A stretch of DNA of 36,946 nucleotides from Minisyncoccota bacterium. Its GTDB lineage: Bacteria; Patescibacteriota; Minisyncoccia; Phycocordibacterales; UBA2100. Below the pieces are notes generated by a model. That model was not told the origin of the DNA and ran no database searches. It worked only from the letters and a program-made list of their open reading frames with translations. A program made the translations under genes and the position numbers. Every line of letters starts with the position of its first letter. Position 1 is the first letter of the stretch. The stretch covers positions 1 through 36,946 of the forward strand of contig JAGOTU010000002.1 of the NCBI GenBank assembly GCA_018061585.1, in the 5' to 3' direction. Below, piece after piece: positions 1-8,495 of this stretch.

Positions 1-496
1 CGTCAGAACCACCAAAGCCCTGGAATCCGCCTTCCCATGTGCTTGAATCGGAGGTTATAACCAAGCAAATATTGGAGTCAGACGGGGCATTGAAGTAGTT
101 GATCGTCCAGTCAACGGTGTCACCAATGCGATATGTAGCACCTGAGATACCGACGAACGAGATAGAAGCGCCTCCGACGGGCGTTTCGGTATCCGGTACA
201 CAGCGCGGAGCTGCCTGGCAGCCGTTCGAGAGGTATTCGCCTCCGACCAGATGCTCGCCAGGTGCGCAGAGCGGAGCACTATAGACCGGACAGTAATTCG
301 GTGGTGTCGGAAGAGGAGATGTGCGCGATGCGATGATCTGCTGCAACAGCGTGGTGAGCTGAACGATCAACTGCTGTAGCTGCTGGACCGAGGGGTTTTG
401 CGGGATCGCAGGAATCTCGTATGAAAGCGCACTTGCGCCCACTGGAACCAAAACCATCAAAAGGGCTACCGCCCCCGAAACAATATGCTTAGACAT
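1..496 (-). CDS. Secreted Cys-rich protein, N-terminal 165 codons only (runs off left edge)
   Basis: Absent from the ORF track because there is no stop in the window. My minus-strand translation from ATG 496-494 is open to position 2: MSKHIVSGAVALLMVLVPVGASALSYEIPAIPQNPSVQQLQQLIVQLTTLLQQIIASRTSPLPTPPNYCPVYSAPLCAPGEHLVGGEYLSNGCQAAPRCVPD... It has a signal-peptide-like start, a Gln/Leu coil and then a Cys-rich region. Confidence 0.6.
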   Translation of the reverse strand, partial: MSKHIVSGAVALLMVLVPVGASALSYEIPAIPQNPSVQQLQQLIVQLTTLLQQIIASRTSPLPTPPNYCPVYSAPLCAPGEHLVGGEYLSNGCQAAPRCVPDTETPVGGASISFVGISGATYRIGDTVDWTINYFNAPSDSNICLVITSDSSTWEGGFQGFGGSD

Positions 497-661
497 CTCT
501 CTAATGTGCTAGTCCTATAAAAAGAAACCGACACCACTAGAGAGAAAGTGGTATGAGTAGTATTGCATGAATATCTCATCAGTGATGTCCGATAGAGCGA
601 AGCTGTGGATAACGGACATACGACATCATTTGGAAATACTTAGTTCATACGGACATGCAAT

Positions 662-689
662 AAGAACCCGCCTCATGAGGCGGGTTCTT
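662..689 (-). terminator. Hairpin downstream of 715..1617
   Basis: AAGAACCCGCC-TCATGA-GGCGGGTTCTT, perfect 11-bp stem. An outer ACGGACA/TGTCCGT pairing extends it to 649-703. No clean U-tract. Confidence 0.55.
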
Positions 690-714
690 ATCAGCTGTCC
701 GTTAAACAAGCTCC

Positions 715-1617
715 TTAGTACAGGATCGAGGCGCCATTGAACGTACAGCGGGTATTACGTCCGGGGTTGTTTGTCTTCTCTGTCTTGCAGCGGGATTCCG
801 CATTCGTAAGTGTAATACCCGGGAAAGTGAATAGTGGTACCTCACCGTCCAAAAGGACAAATGTGCCGATCTGGTCGATGGCGGTTGCCGGCGGCCTGGG
901 CACAGTGAACACGGACGAAGCGGCTATCTTTTGAGCCGTCGAACTGCTTTGCGCCTGAAAGGCGAATGTGCGCCCCGCGAATTCCCCGAGCATAGGGAAC
1001 GTCACGTTGCCGTTACCGCCGGTCGCGAGCGGACTGAATCCGCCGGCTTCGACACGTTTGCCTGTGACGGGATCGATGAGCACGATGTGTGTTTGTGGTG
1101 GCATGGCATAGAAAAGCACTTTGACGGAGTCGAGCGTAACAGCGCCAATCTCGAGACGGAGGGTTTCCGGCGCAGGCGTGATGACCCTGTTTTGCCGTAG
1201 AGGGACCGGAACCGGGTAGTTCAGCATGGGGGTCTGTTGTTGGTATGTGCTATTTGAGGGGGTCGAGACGTTCGACCGTACTCCAGCGGCGCAGACCGCC
1301 GCAATACGTAATCGTGTTCTCGTGCCGACCGCACCGTACCCGTTGGCTGCAGGTGATCCACTTGATACGATCCCTTGCTCACGCTGGAAAGCCTGGACCG
1401 CCTTCTCGGTCTTGAGTCCGTAGACACCGATAACGTAGATGCGCTCCAAGAGGCCCCTATCTGCGAGGAACACCTGAAGCGCACGCACATCTTCTCCGGT
1501 CGCGTTGCGCGCAAGAGACCGGGTAAGCGATGGGCATGAGGCTGCCGAAGTAATAAACGGCGCTGCCAACACCGCTGCACAGAGAAGAGCGGCGCTCGCG
1601 CGGGGGATGTATTTCAT
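715..1617 (-). CDS. Secreted peptidoglycan-binding-domain protein
   Basis: Signal peptide MKYIPRASAALLCAAVLAAPFITSAAS. PG_binding_1-like segment GEDVRALQVFLADRGLL...GLKTEKAVQAFQREQGI. Start moved to ATG 1617, which has TGcGAGAAT 6 nt upstream; the track start at 1635 is a GTG extension. Confidence 0.75.
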   Translation of the reverse strand: MKYIPRASAALLCAAVLAAPFITSAASCPSLTRSLARNATGEDVRALQVFLADRGLLERIYVIGVYGLKTEKAVQAFQREQGIVSSGSPAANGYGAVGTRTRLRIAAVCAAGVRSNVSTPSNSTYQQQTPMLNYPVPVPLRQNRVITPAPETLRLEIGAVTLDSVKVLFYAMPPQTHIVLIDPVTGKRVEAGGFSPLATGGNGNVTFPMLGEFAGRTFAFQAQSSSTAQKIAASSVFTVPRPPATAIDQIGTFVLLDGEVPLFTFPGITLTNAESRCKTEKTNNPGRNTRCTFNGASILY

Positions 1618-1640
1618 TGCCTCATTCTCGCACACCTCAA

Positions 1641-1680
1641 AACGACAAAATCCGCCTTCACGTGGTTTTGTGAAAAACGG
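1641..1680 (-). terminator. Imperfect hairpin plus T-rich tail after 1719..3473
   Basis: Minus strand reads CCGTTTTTCAC...GTGAAGGCGG followed by ATTTTGTCGTTTTG. The stem has an internal loop. Confidence 0.4.
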
Positions 1681-1718
1681 GATTCCTCGCTGACACGCGA
1701 TCTCTGAAAGTTGTCCGC

Positions 1719-3473
1719 TTAGCGCTCGTTGTAATCAGGTGCAAGTAAAACCGAAGCGGATTCGCGTAATGTACTCGGCGTGACGGACGGAAACGCGACG
1801 CAATTGAGGGTAAAATGTGTCACTTCAGTGATCGGCGAAGTGGCGTAACCCCACGATGGGGATGAAGTTTGTGTCCACACATCTCCGTTGGTTCCGGTGA
1901 CCGTGCAGCTTTGTGCATTGCGGACATTCCAATATAAGCGCGACGAGTCACGCGAGCGGACTAACCCCGGGCGAGCTTGGAGATGCCCCGATGCCATAAA
2001 GACGCTTCCGTTTCCGGATGTACCGGTCGTACTCGTTGCAGAAAACGAGGTAAATGTCATTGCGTCATACTGACACGTACTTTTTCCCGCAGAACAATAG
2101 CTTGGCGCTGTGCAGGTTGCGACCGTCGAGGTTGAACATGCCGCATTCGAGTATTGGACATTGTTACCGGAGCACGAGTAAGTGGGTGCGCAGGAGCACG
2201 ATGCATATTGGTACGATGCGCTACCCGATAGCACGCCGTTGGTGCAGGTGCGTGTTTGCGACACCGTTCCCGAGCTGCAGGTCTGCCCGACTGGCGCGGT
2301 TTGCGATGTGTAGAAGGTCTTCGATGTGCCGTGCGGCACCGTCACACCATCGAGTGTGCAATTTGTGGCCGTGCCCACCGTACACGATGCATACGCATAC
2401 GTACCCGAGAGGGTTCCATCAGTACAAGTTCGCGTTTGCGATACGCATGAGTTACCGTATGCAACGTTCGATGCTTGATACGTAGTGACGGATGCGCCGT
2501 GCAGTATGGTATTCCCATTCAATGTGCACGAACGATTCACGGTGACCGTGCGGCTGCAATTCGCAGTACCACCCGGTCCGGTCGCTGTACCGGTGTATGT
2601 GATCGTGGCTGATGGATATACTGTCGCACCATTCGAGGCATTTGCCGTAACATAGCCGACTCCCGTTATGTAAAAGGTGGTGGCGTTAGCTGAGACCCAC
2701 GTGAGTGAAGTGCCGCTTGGTTGATTGATGGTGGTGGGCGCAGCGTTGATGGAGCAGGAGGGTGTAGCAATTGTGGTCCATGAGACCGTCACCGAACCAG
2801 GTGCTCCCGCACCACCCGGTGGAGCATATGCTGCGATCGTTATGCCGGATGCGACGCCGCCGGCTCCTCCGGAGCCGACTACAACAGAGAGCACTGATCC
2901 TGGCGTAAGCGCGCCGACCGGATACGTTGTGACGACGCGCCCACCGGCGCCGCCCGAGGCTCCGCACATTGGCGCACCGGAGAGGTTGCATGTACTGCCT
3001 TGCCCCCCGATACCACCCGAGGCCCCTCCTCCGGTAGTAATGGCCCCGCCCGAGCCTCCACCGGGTGACCCCGGTGAAGCTGGGATCGACCATGTATACA
3101 ACCAATCAGCTCCTTGAGGTGCCCCTGTGCCGCCGTATGCAACCATGCCACTACCGAATCGTGAACTTCCCCCGTTGGAACCAGCCTGAAACACACAACT
3201 ATTCCCCAGATATACGCTCCCACACATCTTGGTCCCGATCGTGACACCCAACCCCTCTACTCGGCCACTGCTTCCTCCGCCGCCCGCACCGTTCACTGTG
3301 ACAGTAAGCGATCCGTACGTCGGTACGGTAAATGTGTAGTTTCCCGGCACTGAAAATGTCTGAGATCCGCTCGCCGAAGCGGACTGTGGAACGAAGGACA
3401 GTATAAGGATACTGAGGATGAGTATCCCAATCTGAATCCCTCCTTTATGGTTTGAGTATCGGCCGCTATACAT
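1719..3473 (-). CDS. Secreted glycine-rich-domain protein with tandem Cys-bounded repeats and Ig-like segments
   Basis: 584 aa with an N-terminal hydrophobic signal. Residues about 38-233 are Gly-rich (TFTVPTYGSLTVTVNGAGGGGSSG...GSGGAGGVASG). Two roughly 50-aa repeats, CTL[ND]G.T..HG.S.T.Y...SQTRTCT[DN]G.LSG...YASC, map to nt 2196-2528. The start lies 4 nt after the upstream stop. Confidence 0.8.
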   Translation of the reverse strand: MYSGRYSNHKGGIQIGILILSILILSFVPQSASASGSQTFSVPGNYTFTVPTYGSLTVTVNGAGGGGSSGRVEGLGVTIGTKMCGSVYLGNSCVFQAGSNGGSSRFGSGMVAYGGTGAPQGADWLYTWSIPASPGSPGGGSGGAITTGGGASGGIGGQGSTCNLSGAPMCGASGGAGGRVVTTYPVGALTPGSVLSVVVGSGGAGGVASGITIAAYAPPGGAGAPGSVTVSWTTIATPSCSINAAPTTINQPSGTSLTWVSANATTFYITGVGYVTANASNGATVYPSATITYTGTATGPGGTANCSRTVTVNRSCTLNGNTILHGASVTTYQASNVAYGNSCVSQTRTCTDGTLSGTYAYASCTVGTATNCTLDGVTVPHGTSKTFYTSQTAPVGQTCSSGTVSQTRTCTNGVLSGSASYQYASCSCAPTYSCSGNNVQYSNAACSTSTVATCTAPSYCSAGKSTCQYDAMTFTSFSATSTTGTSGNGSVFMASGHLQARPGLVRSRDSSRLYWNVRNAQSCTVTGTNGDVWTQTSSPSWGYATSPITEVTHFTLNCVAFPSVTPSTLRESASVLLAPDYNER

Positions 3474-3476
3474 ATT

Positions 3477-3983
3477 TTATTGAACCTGGATCATCCCAAC
3501 GCTTTCCGGCGCGGCATTGTTGCGGTACGACCATTCACCGATTGCATTGAATGAAAATTCCCAAAATTCCAGTGGTCTTAGAGAGACACAAGAGTCAAAA
3601 GCGCTTTGTCCGCATGATTCGCGAGCTCCTAAAGGATACAAACGATTGCTTTCCGATGCTGACGACGCGATCCAAAGATCGCGCGTGGAGTTGTTGGTGA
3701 ACCGGATCACCTCCCCCTTTTTTATTTTAAGCACGGGCGGTTCAAATCCATGGTCGGTATACGATACGAGATGCTGGAATCCCGTACTCTTTTCGAGGAC
3801 TTCCGTCATGAGTGCGGTCATCGGCGGCGGTGCGGACGATTCCATATTCGTAAGAACGGATGGTGTCGTATCGTTATTTGCGAGACGTCTGATCACAAGG
3901 ATAACAAGGATGGTCCCCACAACCAGAGCGAGCAGTCGGTATTTCACGATGAGCGGCGCGTCCTCGCGGGGAGTAGTCTGCAT
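3477..3983 (-). CDS. Membrane-anchored protein, cupredoxin-fold-like C-terminal domain
   Basis: One TM segment (LLALVVGTILVILVI). FEPPVLKIKKGEVIRFTNNS resembles cupredoxin-like domains, but I see no Cu ligand set. Function is uncertain. Confidence 0.6.
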   Translation of the reverse strand: MQTTPREDAPLIVKYRLLALVVGTILVILVIRRLANNDTTPSVLTNMESSAPPPMTALMTEVLEKSTGFQHLVSYTDHGFEPPVLKIKKGEVIRFTNNSTRDLWIASSASESNRLYPLGARESCGQSAFDSCVSLRPLEFWEFSFNAIGEWSYRNNAAPESVGMIQVQ

Positions 3984-4013
3984 ACATCGGTTAGTTTACA
4001 GGATGCAATACAA

Positions 4014-4041
4014 CACAACCGCGCTTTTCAGCGCGGTTGTG
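4014..4041 (-). terminator. fusA terminator hairpin
   Basis: CACAACCGCGC-loop-GCGCGGTTGTG, 11-bp stem, followed on the minus strand by TTGTATTG. Confidence 0.65.
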
Positions 4042-4100
4042 GTTAACTCATAGATATTCATCTATGCATTTCTTTGACCCCTGAGATCACTTTCCTCGAT

Positions 4101-6242
4101 CTATTTACGAGAAGCGACGATGTCGTCCTGCACATTTCGTGGAACCACACTGTAATGCGAGAATTCCATGTTTGGCACGCCGCGACCCTCGGTAAGCGAT
4201 CGGAGCTGTGTCGTGAACCCGAAGAGTTCAGAGAGCGGCACTTTGGAGGTGATGACCTTCGCCTGACCACGCTCACTCATCGATTCGATAGAGCCGCGTT
4301 TGGAGTTAATCATACCGGTTACGTCGCCCATGAACTTTTCCGGGACAACGACTTCGAGCTTCATAATCGGCTCGAGGATGACAGGCTTTGCCTTCTGACA
4401 TGCCTCCTGGAATGCGTTGAGTGCGGCGAGCTTGAATGCGATTTCCGAAGAGTCGACGTCGTGATAGCTGCCGTCGTAGAGATCGACTGACACATCCACC
4501 ATCGGGAAGCCTGCGAGCGTTCCGCGCTCCATGCCCTCCTTGAGGCCTTTGCGGACCGCGGGGATGTATTCCTGCGGAATAACACCTCCCTTGATGTTGT
4601 TGATGAATTCGAAGTGGTCTTCGCGCTCGACGTTGTTCTTGATCTTGGCACCCTCTTCGAGCGGCTGCAGCGGAGCCATCTTGATCTTTACGTGACCGTA
4701 CTGACCGCGACCGCCTGTCTGCTTGATGTGCTTGTACTCCACATCAGATGTTCCCTGGATCGTCTCGCGGTATGCCACCTGTGGCTTACCTGTCTTTGCG
4801 TTGACCGCGAATTCGCGCTTCATACGATCGACGATGATGTCGAGGTGCAATTCACCCATGCCTGAGACGATTGTTTCCATCGTTTCCGGATCAGATTTGA
4901 CGCGGAAGGTCGGGTCTTCGTCAGAGAGCTTGGAGAGTGCGATGCCCATCTTTTCCTGGTCGGCCTTGGTGTCCGGTTCGATGCGGAGCGATACCACCGG
5001 CTCAGGAAACACGATCGATTCGAGCGTGATCGGTGCGTCAGAGGTGCAGAGCGTGTTACCGATCTTGATCTCCTTGAGACCGACGGCCGCAGCGATTTCT
5101 CCTGCATAGACGGTCTTCACTTCTTCGCGCTTATCGGCCTGCAAGCGGACGATTCGTCCGAGGCGCTCTTTCTTGTTGTTGGCTGCATTGTAGACAGTGT
5201 CACCTGCAGAAATTGAACCGGAGTAGACACGGAAGAACGCGAGGTTGCCCACGAACGGGTCGGTCTGCAGCTTGAATACGAGTGCAGCGAACGGAAGATC
5301 GTCCGATGATGCACGAGTTTCCTCGGCGCCGGTGTCCGGATTCGTTCCGACTGCAGGCGGAAGATCGAGCGGCGACGGGAGGTAGTCGACAACAGCATCA
5401 AGCACCCGCTGTACGCCCTTGTTCTTGAGGGAAGATCCGGTGAGGACCGGGAAGATCTTGTTCTCGATCACGGCCTGTCGGAGCGTCTTCTTGAGGACTG
5501 CGAGCTCAGGGATCTTTCCTTCGATGAAGTCGGTCATGAGAGCATCGTTCGTTTCCACGATGCGCTCTACGATCTCGTCGTGGTACTTCTTGGCATCCGC
5601 CATGTACGCCTCCGGGATTTCGTGAGCAGAGACATTCTTACCCATTTCGCCCTCGAAGCGGAACATTTTCATTTCGAGCACGTCGATGACAGCCTCGAAG
5701 TCGGCTTCGGCGCCGACCGGGATCTGAAGGCGAACAGCCTTCGTGGAGAGACGATCGAGGATGGATGCGTAGGACTTTTCAAATGACGCACCTGTTCGGT
5801 CGAGCTTGTTGATGTAGCAGACACGTGGCACCTCGGCCTCTTCGGCATAGCGCCAGTTGGTCTCGGACTGCGGTTCAACGCCGGCAACGCCGTCGAATAC
5901 GACGACCGCACCGTCGAGTACGCGCATGGATCGCTTCACTTCTGAGGTGAAGTCGATGTGTCCCGGGGTGTCGATGACGTTGAAGCGGACCTTCTGAGAA
6001 AGGTCGTCGCCCATGTATGACGGATTCCAGAAGCAGGTGATCGCCGCTGCGGTAATAGTGATACCGCGTTCTCGCTCCTGTTCCATCCAGTCGGTAACGG
6101 TGTTGCCGTCATGGACTTCTCCGATCTTGTGAGACTCCCCCGTGTAGTAGAGGATTCGCTCGGATGTGGTCGTTTTACCCGCGTCGACGTGGGCAACAAT
6201 TCCGAAGTTACGTACTTTTTCCAATGGGTAATCTCGTGTCAT
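4101..6242 (-). CDS. fusA: Translation elongation factor G
   Basis: MTRDYPLEKVRNFGIVAHVDAGKTTTSERILYYTG..., with G-domain motifs (DTPGHIDF, NKLD) and full length. Start trimmed from 6365 to ATG 6242 because the 41-aa extension is not EF-G-like. Confidence 0.97.
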   Translation of the reverse strand: MTRDYPLEKVRNFGIVAHVDAGKTTTSERILYYTGESHKIGEVHDGNTVTDWMEQERERGITITAAAITCFWNPSYMGDDLSQKVRFNVIDTPGHIDFTSEVKRSMRVLDGAVVVFDGVAGVEPQSETNWRYAEEAEVPRVCYINKLDRTGASFEKSYASILDRLSTKAVRLQIPVGAEADFEAVIDVLEMKMFRFEGEMGKNVSAHEIPEAYMADAKKYHDEIVERIVETNDALMTDFIEGKIPELAVLKKTLRQAVIENKIFPVLTGSSLKNKGVQRVLDAVVDYLPSPLDLPPAVGTNPDTGAEETRASSDDLPFAALVFKLQTDPFVGNLAFFRVYSGSISAGDTVYNAANNKKERLGRIVRLQADKREEVKTVYAGEIAAAVGLKEIKIGNTLCTSDAPITLESIVFPEPVVSLRIEPDTKADQEKMGIALSKLSDEDPTFRVKSDPETMETIVSGMGELHLDIIVDRMKREFAVNAKTGKPQVAYRETIQGTSDVEYKHIKQTGGRGQYGHVKIKMAPLQPLEEGAKIKNNVEREDHFEFINNIKGGVIPQEYIPAVRKGLKEGMERGTLAGFPMVDVSVDLYDGSYHDVDSSEIAFKLAALNAFQEACQKAKPVILEPIMKLEVVVPEKFMGDVTGMINSKRGSIESMSERGQAKVITSKVPLSELFGFTTQLRSLTEGRGVPNMEFSHYSVVPRNVQDDIVASRK

Positions 6243-6260
6243 ATAACAAGTAAATTTTCT

Positions 6261-6284
6261 AAAAAAGAATCCGCCGGTGGCGGA
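6261..6284 (-). terminator. Terminator-like hairpin 18 nt upstream of the fusA start, same strand
   Basis: Minus strand reads TCCGCC-ACC-GGCGGA followed by TTCTTTTTT. Confidence 0.45.
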
Positions 6285-6497
6285 GCCAAGTCCACGTAAT
6301 ATAGGCGAATTCACCCTAAAAAGCAAAGCGCCACACGTCTTGCTGCTAAAAGCAAAGGATTCCACTCTGACCGGGGTCCATTTTTTGAGAGCGATCGCCG
6401 ATCAGACGACCTCGACCATCTGTACGATGGCCGGCGCGTGGCTTGCTGCTGCCTACACCACAGCACGTATGTGCGGAAAGTCTGCCAGTACAGGTAT

Positions 6498-6525
6498 TTG
6501 ACTCTGGGATTTATCATTGTACAAT
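6498..6525 (+). promoter_or_regulatory. Sigma70-like promoter for 6565..7068
   Basis: TTGACT-N16-TACAAT. Confidence 0.5.
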
Positions 6526-6564
6526 GTAAAGAGTTAACCAGAGCAACGAACCGTGGAGGTTTCC

Positions 6565-7068
6565 GTGACCTTTAAAAAGAAGCTGTTTTTCTACCTCGCG
6601 GCCGGGATCATCGTGATCATCGGCGCATTCTTTGGCGGCCTGTTCTCGATCGGCAAAGTGAACGATTCGCGCAGCTATTCGACCGCAATCGACGCGATCA
6701 ATGCGTACGAGGGTCGGAACATGGCCGTCGTCTACTACTTCGAGAAGGTGCGTAACGACAACGCGACCGCCGCAAAGATCAAGGAGATGGCTGCCGAAGC
6801 TCGCAAGATCGGCGAATCCCTCCGCGACGCCTTCGCACTCGCTGAGCCGCTTCCGTTCGGCGATACACGCGCAAAGTTCGAGCGCTTTGCAGAGATCCAG
6901 TGCGGTATCTCGAAGACGGTCGACGACCAGAACTTCCGTCGGACGCCGGCATGGATGCAGGTTTCTCAGCGCACCGGTATCTACAATACCGCTGTGCAGA
7001 ACAACTTCAGCCTCTACGAACGGACGTTCGGTACCAACAAACTGCTCTTTCGCGACTGCCCGTCATAA
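6565..7068 (+). CDS. Hypothetical N-terminally anchored protein
   Basis: GTG 6565 lies 5 nt after GGAGG (6555-6559), so it is preferred over the track start at 6553. TM segment LFFYLAAGIIVIIGAFFGGLF. No recognised domain. Confidence 0.6.
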   Translation: MTFKKKLFFYLAAGIIVIIGAFFGGLFSIGKVNDSRSYSTAIDAINAYEGRNMAVVYYFEKVRNDNATAAKIKEMAAEARKIGESLRDAFALAEPLPFGDTRAKFERFAEIQCGISKTVDDQNFRRTPAWMQVSQRTGIYNTAVQNNFSLYERTFGTNKLLFRDCPS

Positions 7069-7091
7069 TTCGGCCGGTCACGGAAACCTTC

Positions 7092-7119
7092 GGGCCGCTC
7101 TCTGAGCGGCCCGTTTTTT
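7092..7119 (+). terminator. Rho-independent terminator
   Basis: GGGCCGCT-loop-AGCGGCCC followed by GTTTTTT. Confidence 0.75.
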
Positions 7120-7138
7120 GGAAAGAGGACTAGAAAGA

Positions 7139-7804
7139 TTACCAATTGATAGGCGCAGCTCCCATCTTTGCGAGATAATCGTTTGCCTTAGAGAACGGTT
7201 TTGATCCGAAGAATCCGTTGTGCGCGGAGAGCGGTGACGGGTGAGCTGATTCGATCACGAAATGTTTCGAGCGATCGATGTGTGCACCTTTTTTCTTTGC
7301 ATAGTTTCCCCACAAAATGAATACGATCCCTTCGCGTTCGTCATTGAGTTTTTTGATCGCAGCATCTGTGAATTCCTCCCACCCCTTCCCCTGATGCGAT
7401 CCCGCATTCGATGCGCGCACGGTCAGTGTCGCATTGAGTAGCAGCACACCCTGCGCAGCCCAGCGCCCGAGATCGGTGTCTCGACTAACAGGGCGACCGA
7501 GATCGCTCTCAAGTTCTTTAAAGATATTTTGAAGGGACGGCGGAGCCTGTACCCCCTGATTCACTGCAAAGCAGAGTCCGTTTGCCTGTCCGTCCCCATG
7601 ATACGGATCTTGTCCGAGTATCACGACATTTACGGAGTTGAATGGCGTTTCATCAAACGCACGAAAGACATGCTTAGGGTTCGGGTAGACCGTCACATTC
7701 TGGTATTCGGTGCGAACGAACGAAGATAGGTTCCTGAAATACTCCTTATTGAACTCGTTCGCGAGGTGCCGCTTCCAACTCTCTTCGATCTTCACATCCT
7801 TCAT
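7139..7804 (-). CDS. ung: Uracil-DNA glycosylase, family 1
   Basis: GQDPYHG and HPSPLSA motifs; 221 aa. Confidence 0.95.
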   Translation of the reverse strand: MKDVKIEESWKRHLANEFNKEYFRNLSSFVRTEYQNVTVYPNPKHVFRAFDETPFNSVNVVILGQDPYHGDGQANGLCFAVNQGVQAPPSLQNIFKELESDLGRPVSRDTDLGRWAAQGVLLLNATLTVRASNAGSHQGKGWEEFTDAAIKKLNDEREGIVFILWGNYAKKKGAHIDRSKHFVIESAHPSPLSAHNGFFGSKPFSKANDYLAKMGAAPINW

Positions 7805-7816
7805 CCCGCCATCCTA

Positions 7817-7894
7817 CTAGAGAATATGGAAGAGATACAAAACGACGATAAGGCCGAGCGGGACACCCAAAAGCCACAAAACCATTCCTTTCAT
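7817..7894 (-). CDS. Candidate 25-aa hydrophobic peptide upstream of ung
   Basis: My translation: MKGMVLWLLGVPLGLIVVLYLFHIL*. Too short for the ORF track. Its stop lies 12 nt before the ung start. Confidence 0.4.
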   Translation of the reverse strand: MKGMVLWLLGVPLGLIVVLYLFHIL

Positions 7895-7954
7895 ACTATT
7901 TTGATATAAGAATAATTGGCCTAGCGTAGCCATAGACGAATGAAGCGTTCGTGA

Positions 7955-7982
7955 TAAAAAACGGGTCCGCCAAAGCGGACCC
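7955..7982 (-). terminator. Rho-independent terminator after 8002..8415
   Basis: Minus strand reads GGGTCCGC-TTTG-GCGGACCC followed by GTTTTTTA. Confidence 0.7.
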
Positions 7983-8001
7983 GAAAGATCAGAATTGCTG
8001 A

Positions 8002-8415
8002 CTAAGGCATCACATAGGCGATGATGCGTCGACGTGGATACACGACTTCGTCTACGACGCGGCGGTGATTCCCCGAGATGATGATCGGGTTCCCGTTCGA
8101 GTCGAGACCGCTTACCACACCCACGTGCCCTCCCCCGCGCCGTCCCATGATCGCGAGCGCGCCGACTTGCGGACCGTGAACTCGTTGTCCGTAGTTCTTA
8201 TATCCCATTGCAAGGTTTCCGCCTCCTTTATATCCGGAACGCTTGAGAACAAGGTCCATGAATGCACCGCACCACAGTCGAGCGCGGCCTGTCGGATTCT
8301 TTCCGATGTAACTTCGTGCCGTACTCACCAGATCCCACGCGTATGCCGGCACCGGGTCAACGGCCACCAACTGCACACACGCGAGAATGAGAACGAGCGA
8401 GAATTTACTACGCAT
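8002..8415 (-). CDS. Secreted CHAP/NlpC-P60-like cell-wall hydrolase (TIGR02594-like)
   Basis: Signal peptide MRSKFSLVLILACVQLVAV. Catalytic-type Cys in LWCGAFM and His in GGHVGVV, plus ISGNH. Start placed at ATG 8415, which has GGGAG 6 nt upstream. Confidence 0.75.
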   Translation of the reverse strand: MRSKFSLVLILACVQLVAVDPVPAYAWDLVSTARSYIGKNPTGRARLWCGAFMDLVLKRSGYKGGGNLAMGYKNYGQRVHGPQVGALAIMGRRGGGHVGVVSGLDSNGNPIIISGNHRRVVDEVVYPRRRIIAYVMP

Positions 8416-8483
8416 AACGATGCTCCCTGATGACCCCAGTCCTCTCTTTCTATACAAGCAGCCGACAGTACGCTGAATGAAGT

Positions 8484-8489
8484 TATACT
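8484..8489 (+). promoter_or_regulatory. -10-like TATACT 6 nt before ATG 8496
   Basis: One instance of the recurrent leaderless-type arrangement described in findings. Confidence 0.45.
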
Positions 8490-8495
8490 TACCGG

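Noticed and set aside
55-284. Track ORFs 55..279(-) and 99..284(+)
   Set aside because: Both overlap, out of frame, the longer signal-peptide-bearing ORF that is open from 496 to the window edge. Their sequences are Arg/Ser-rich with no features.
6243-6365. 41-aa N-terminal extension of the fusA ORF
   Set aside because: The extension (MESFAFSSKTCGALLF...) is not EF-G-like and runs through a terminator-like hairpin. The canonical EF-G N-terminus begins at ATG 6242.
6330-6380. SRP-RNA-like (GGTCAG..GGAA..AGCAGC) or tmRNA-tag-like (..LLLAA..) strings on the minus strand upstream of fusA
   Set aside because: The residues flanking GGAA cannot form the helix-8 stem. No tRNA-like acceptor or T-arm and no stop after the LAA-like codons. 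The resemblance is superficial.
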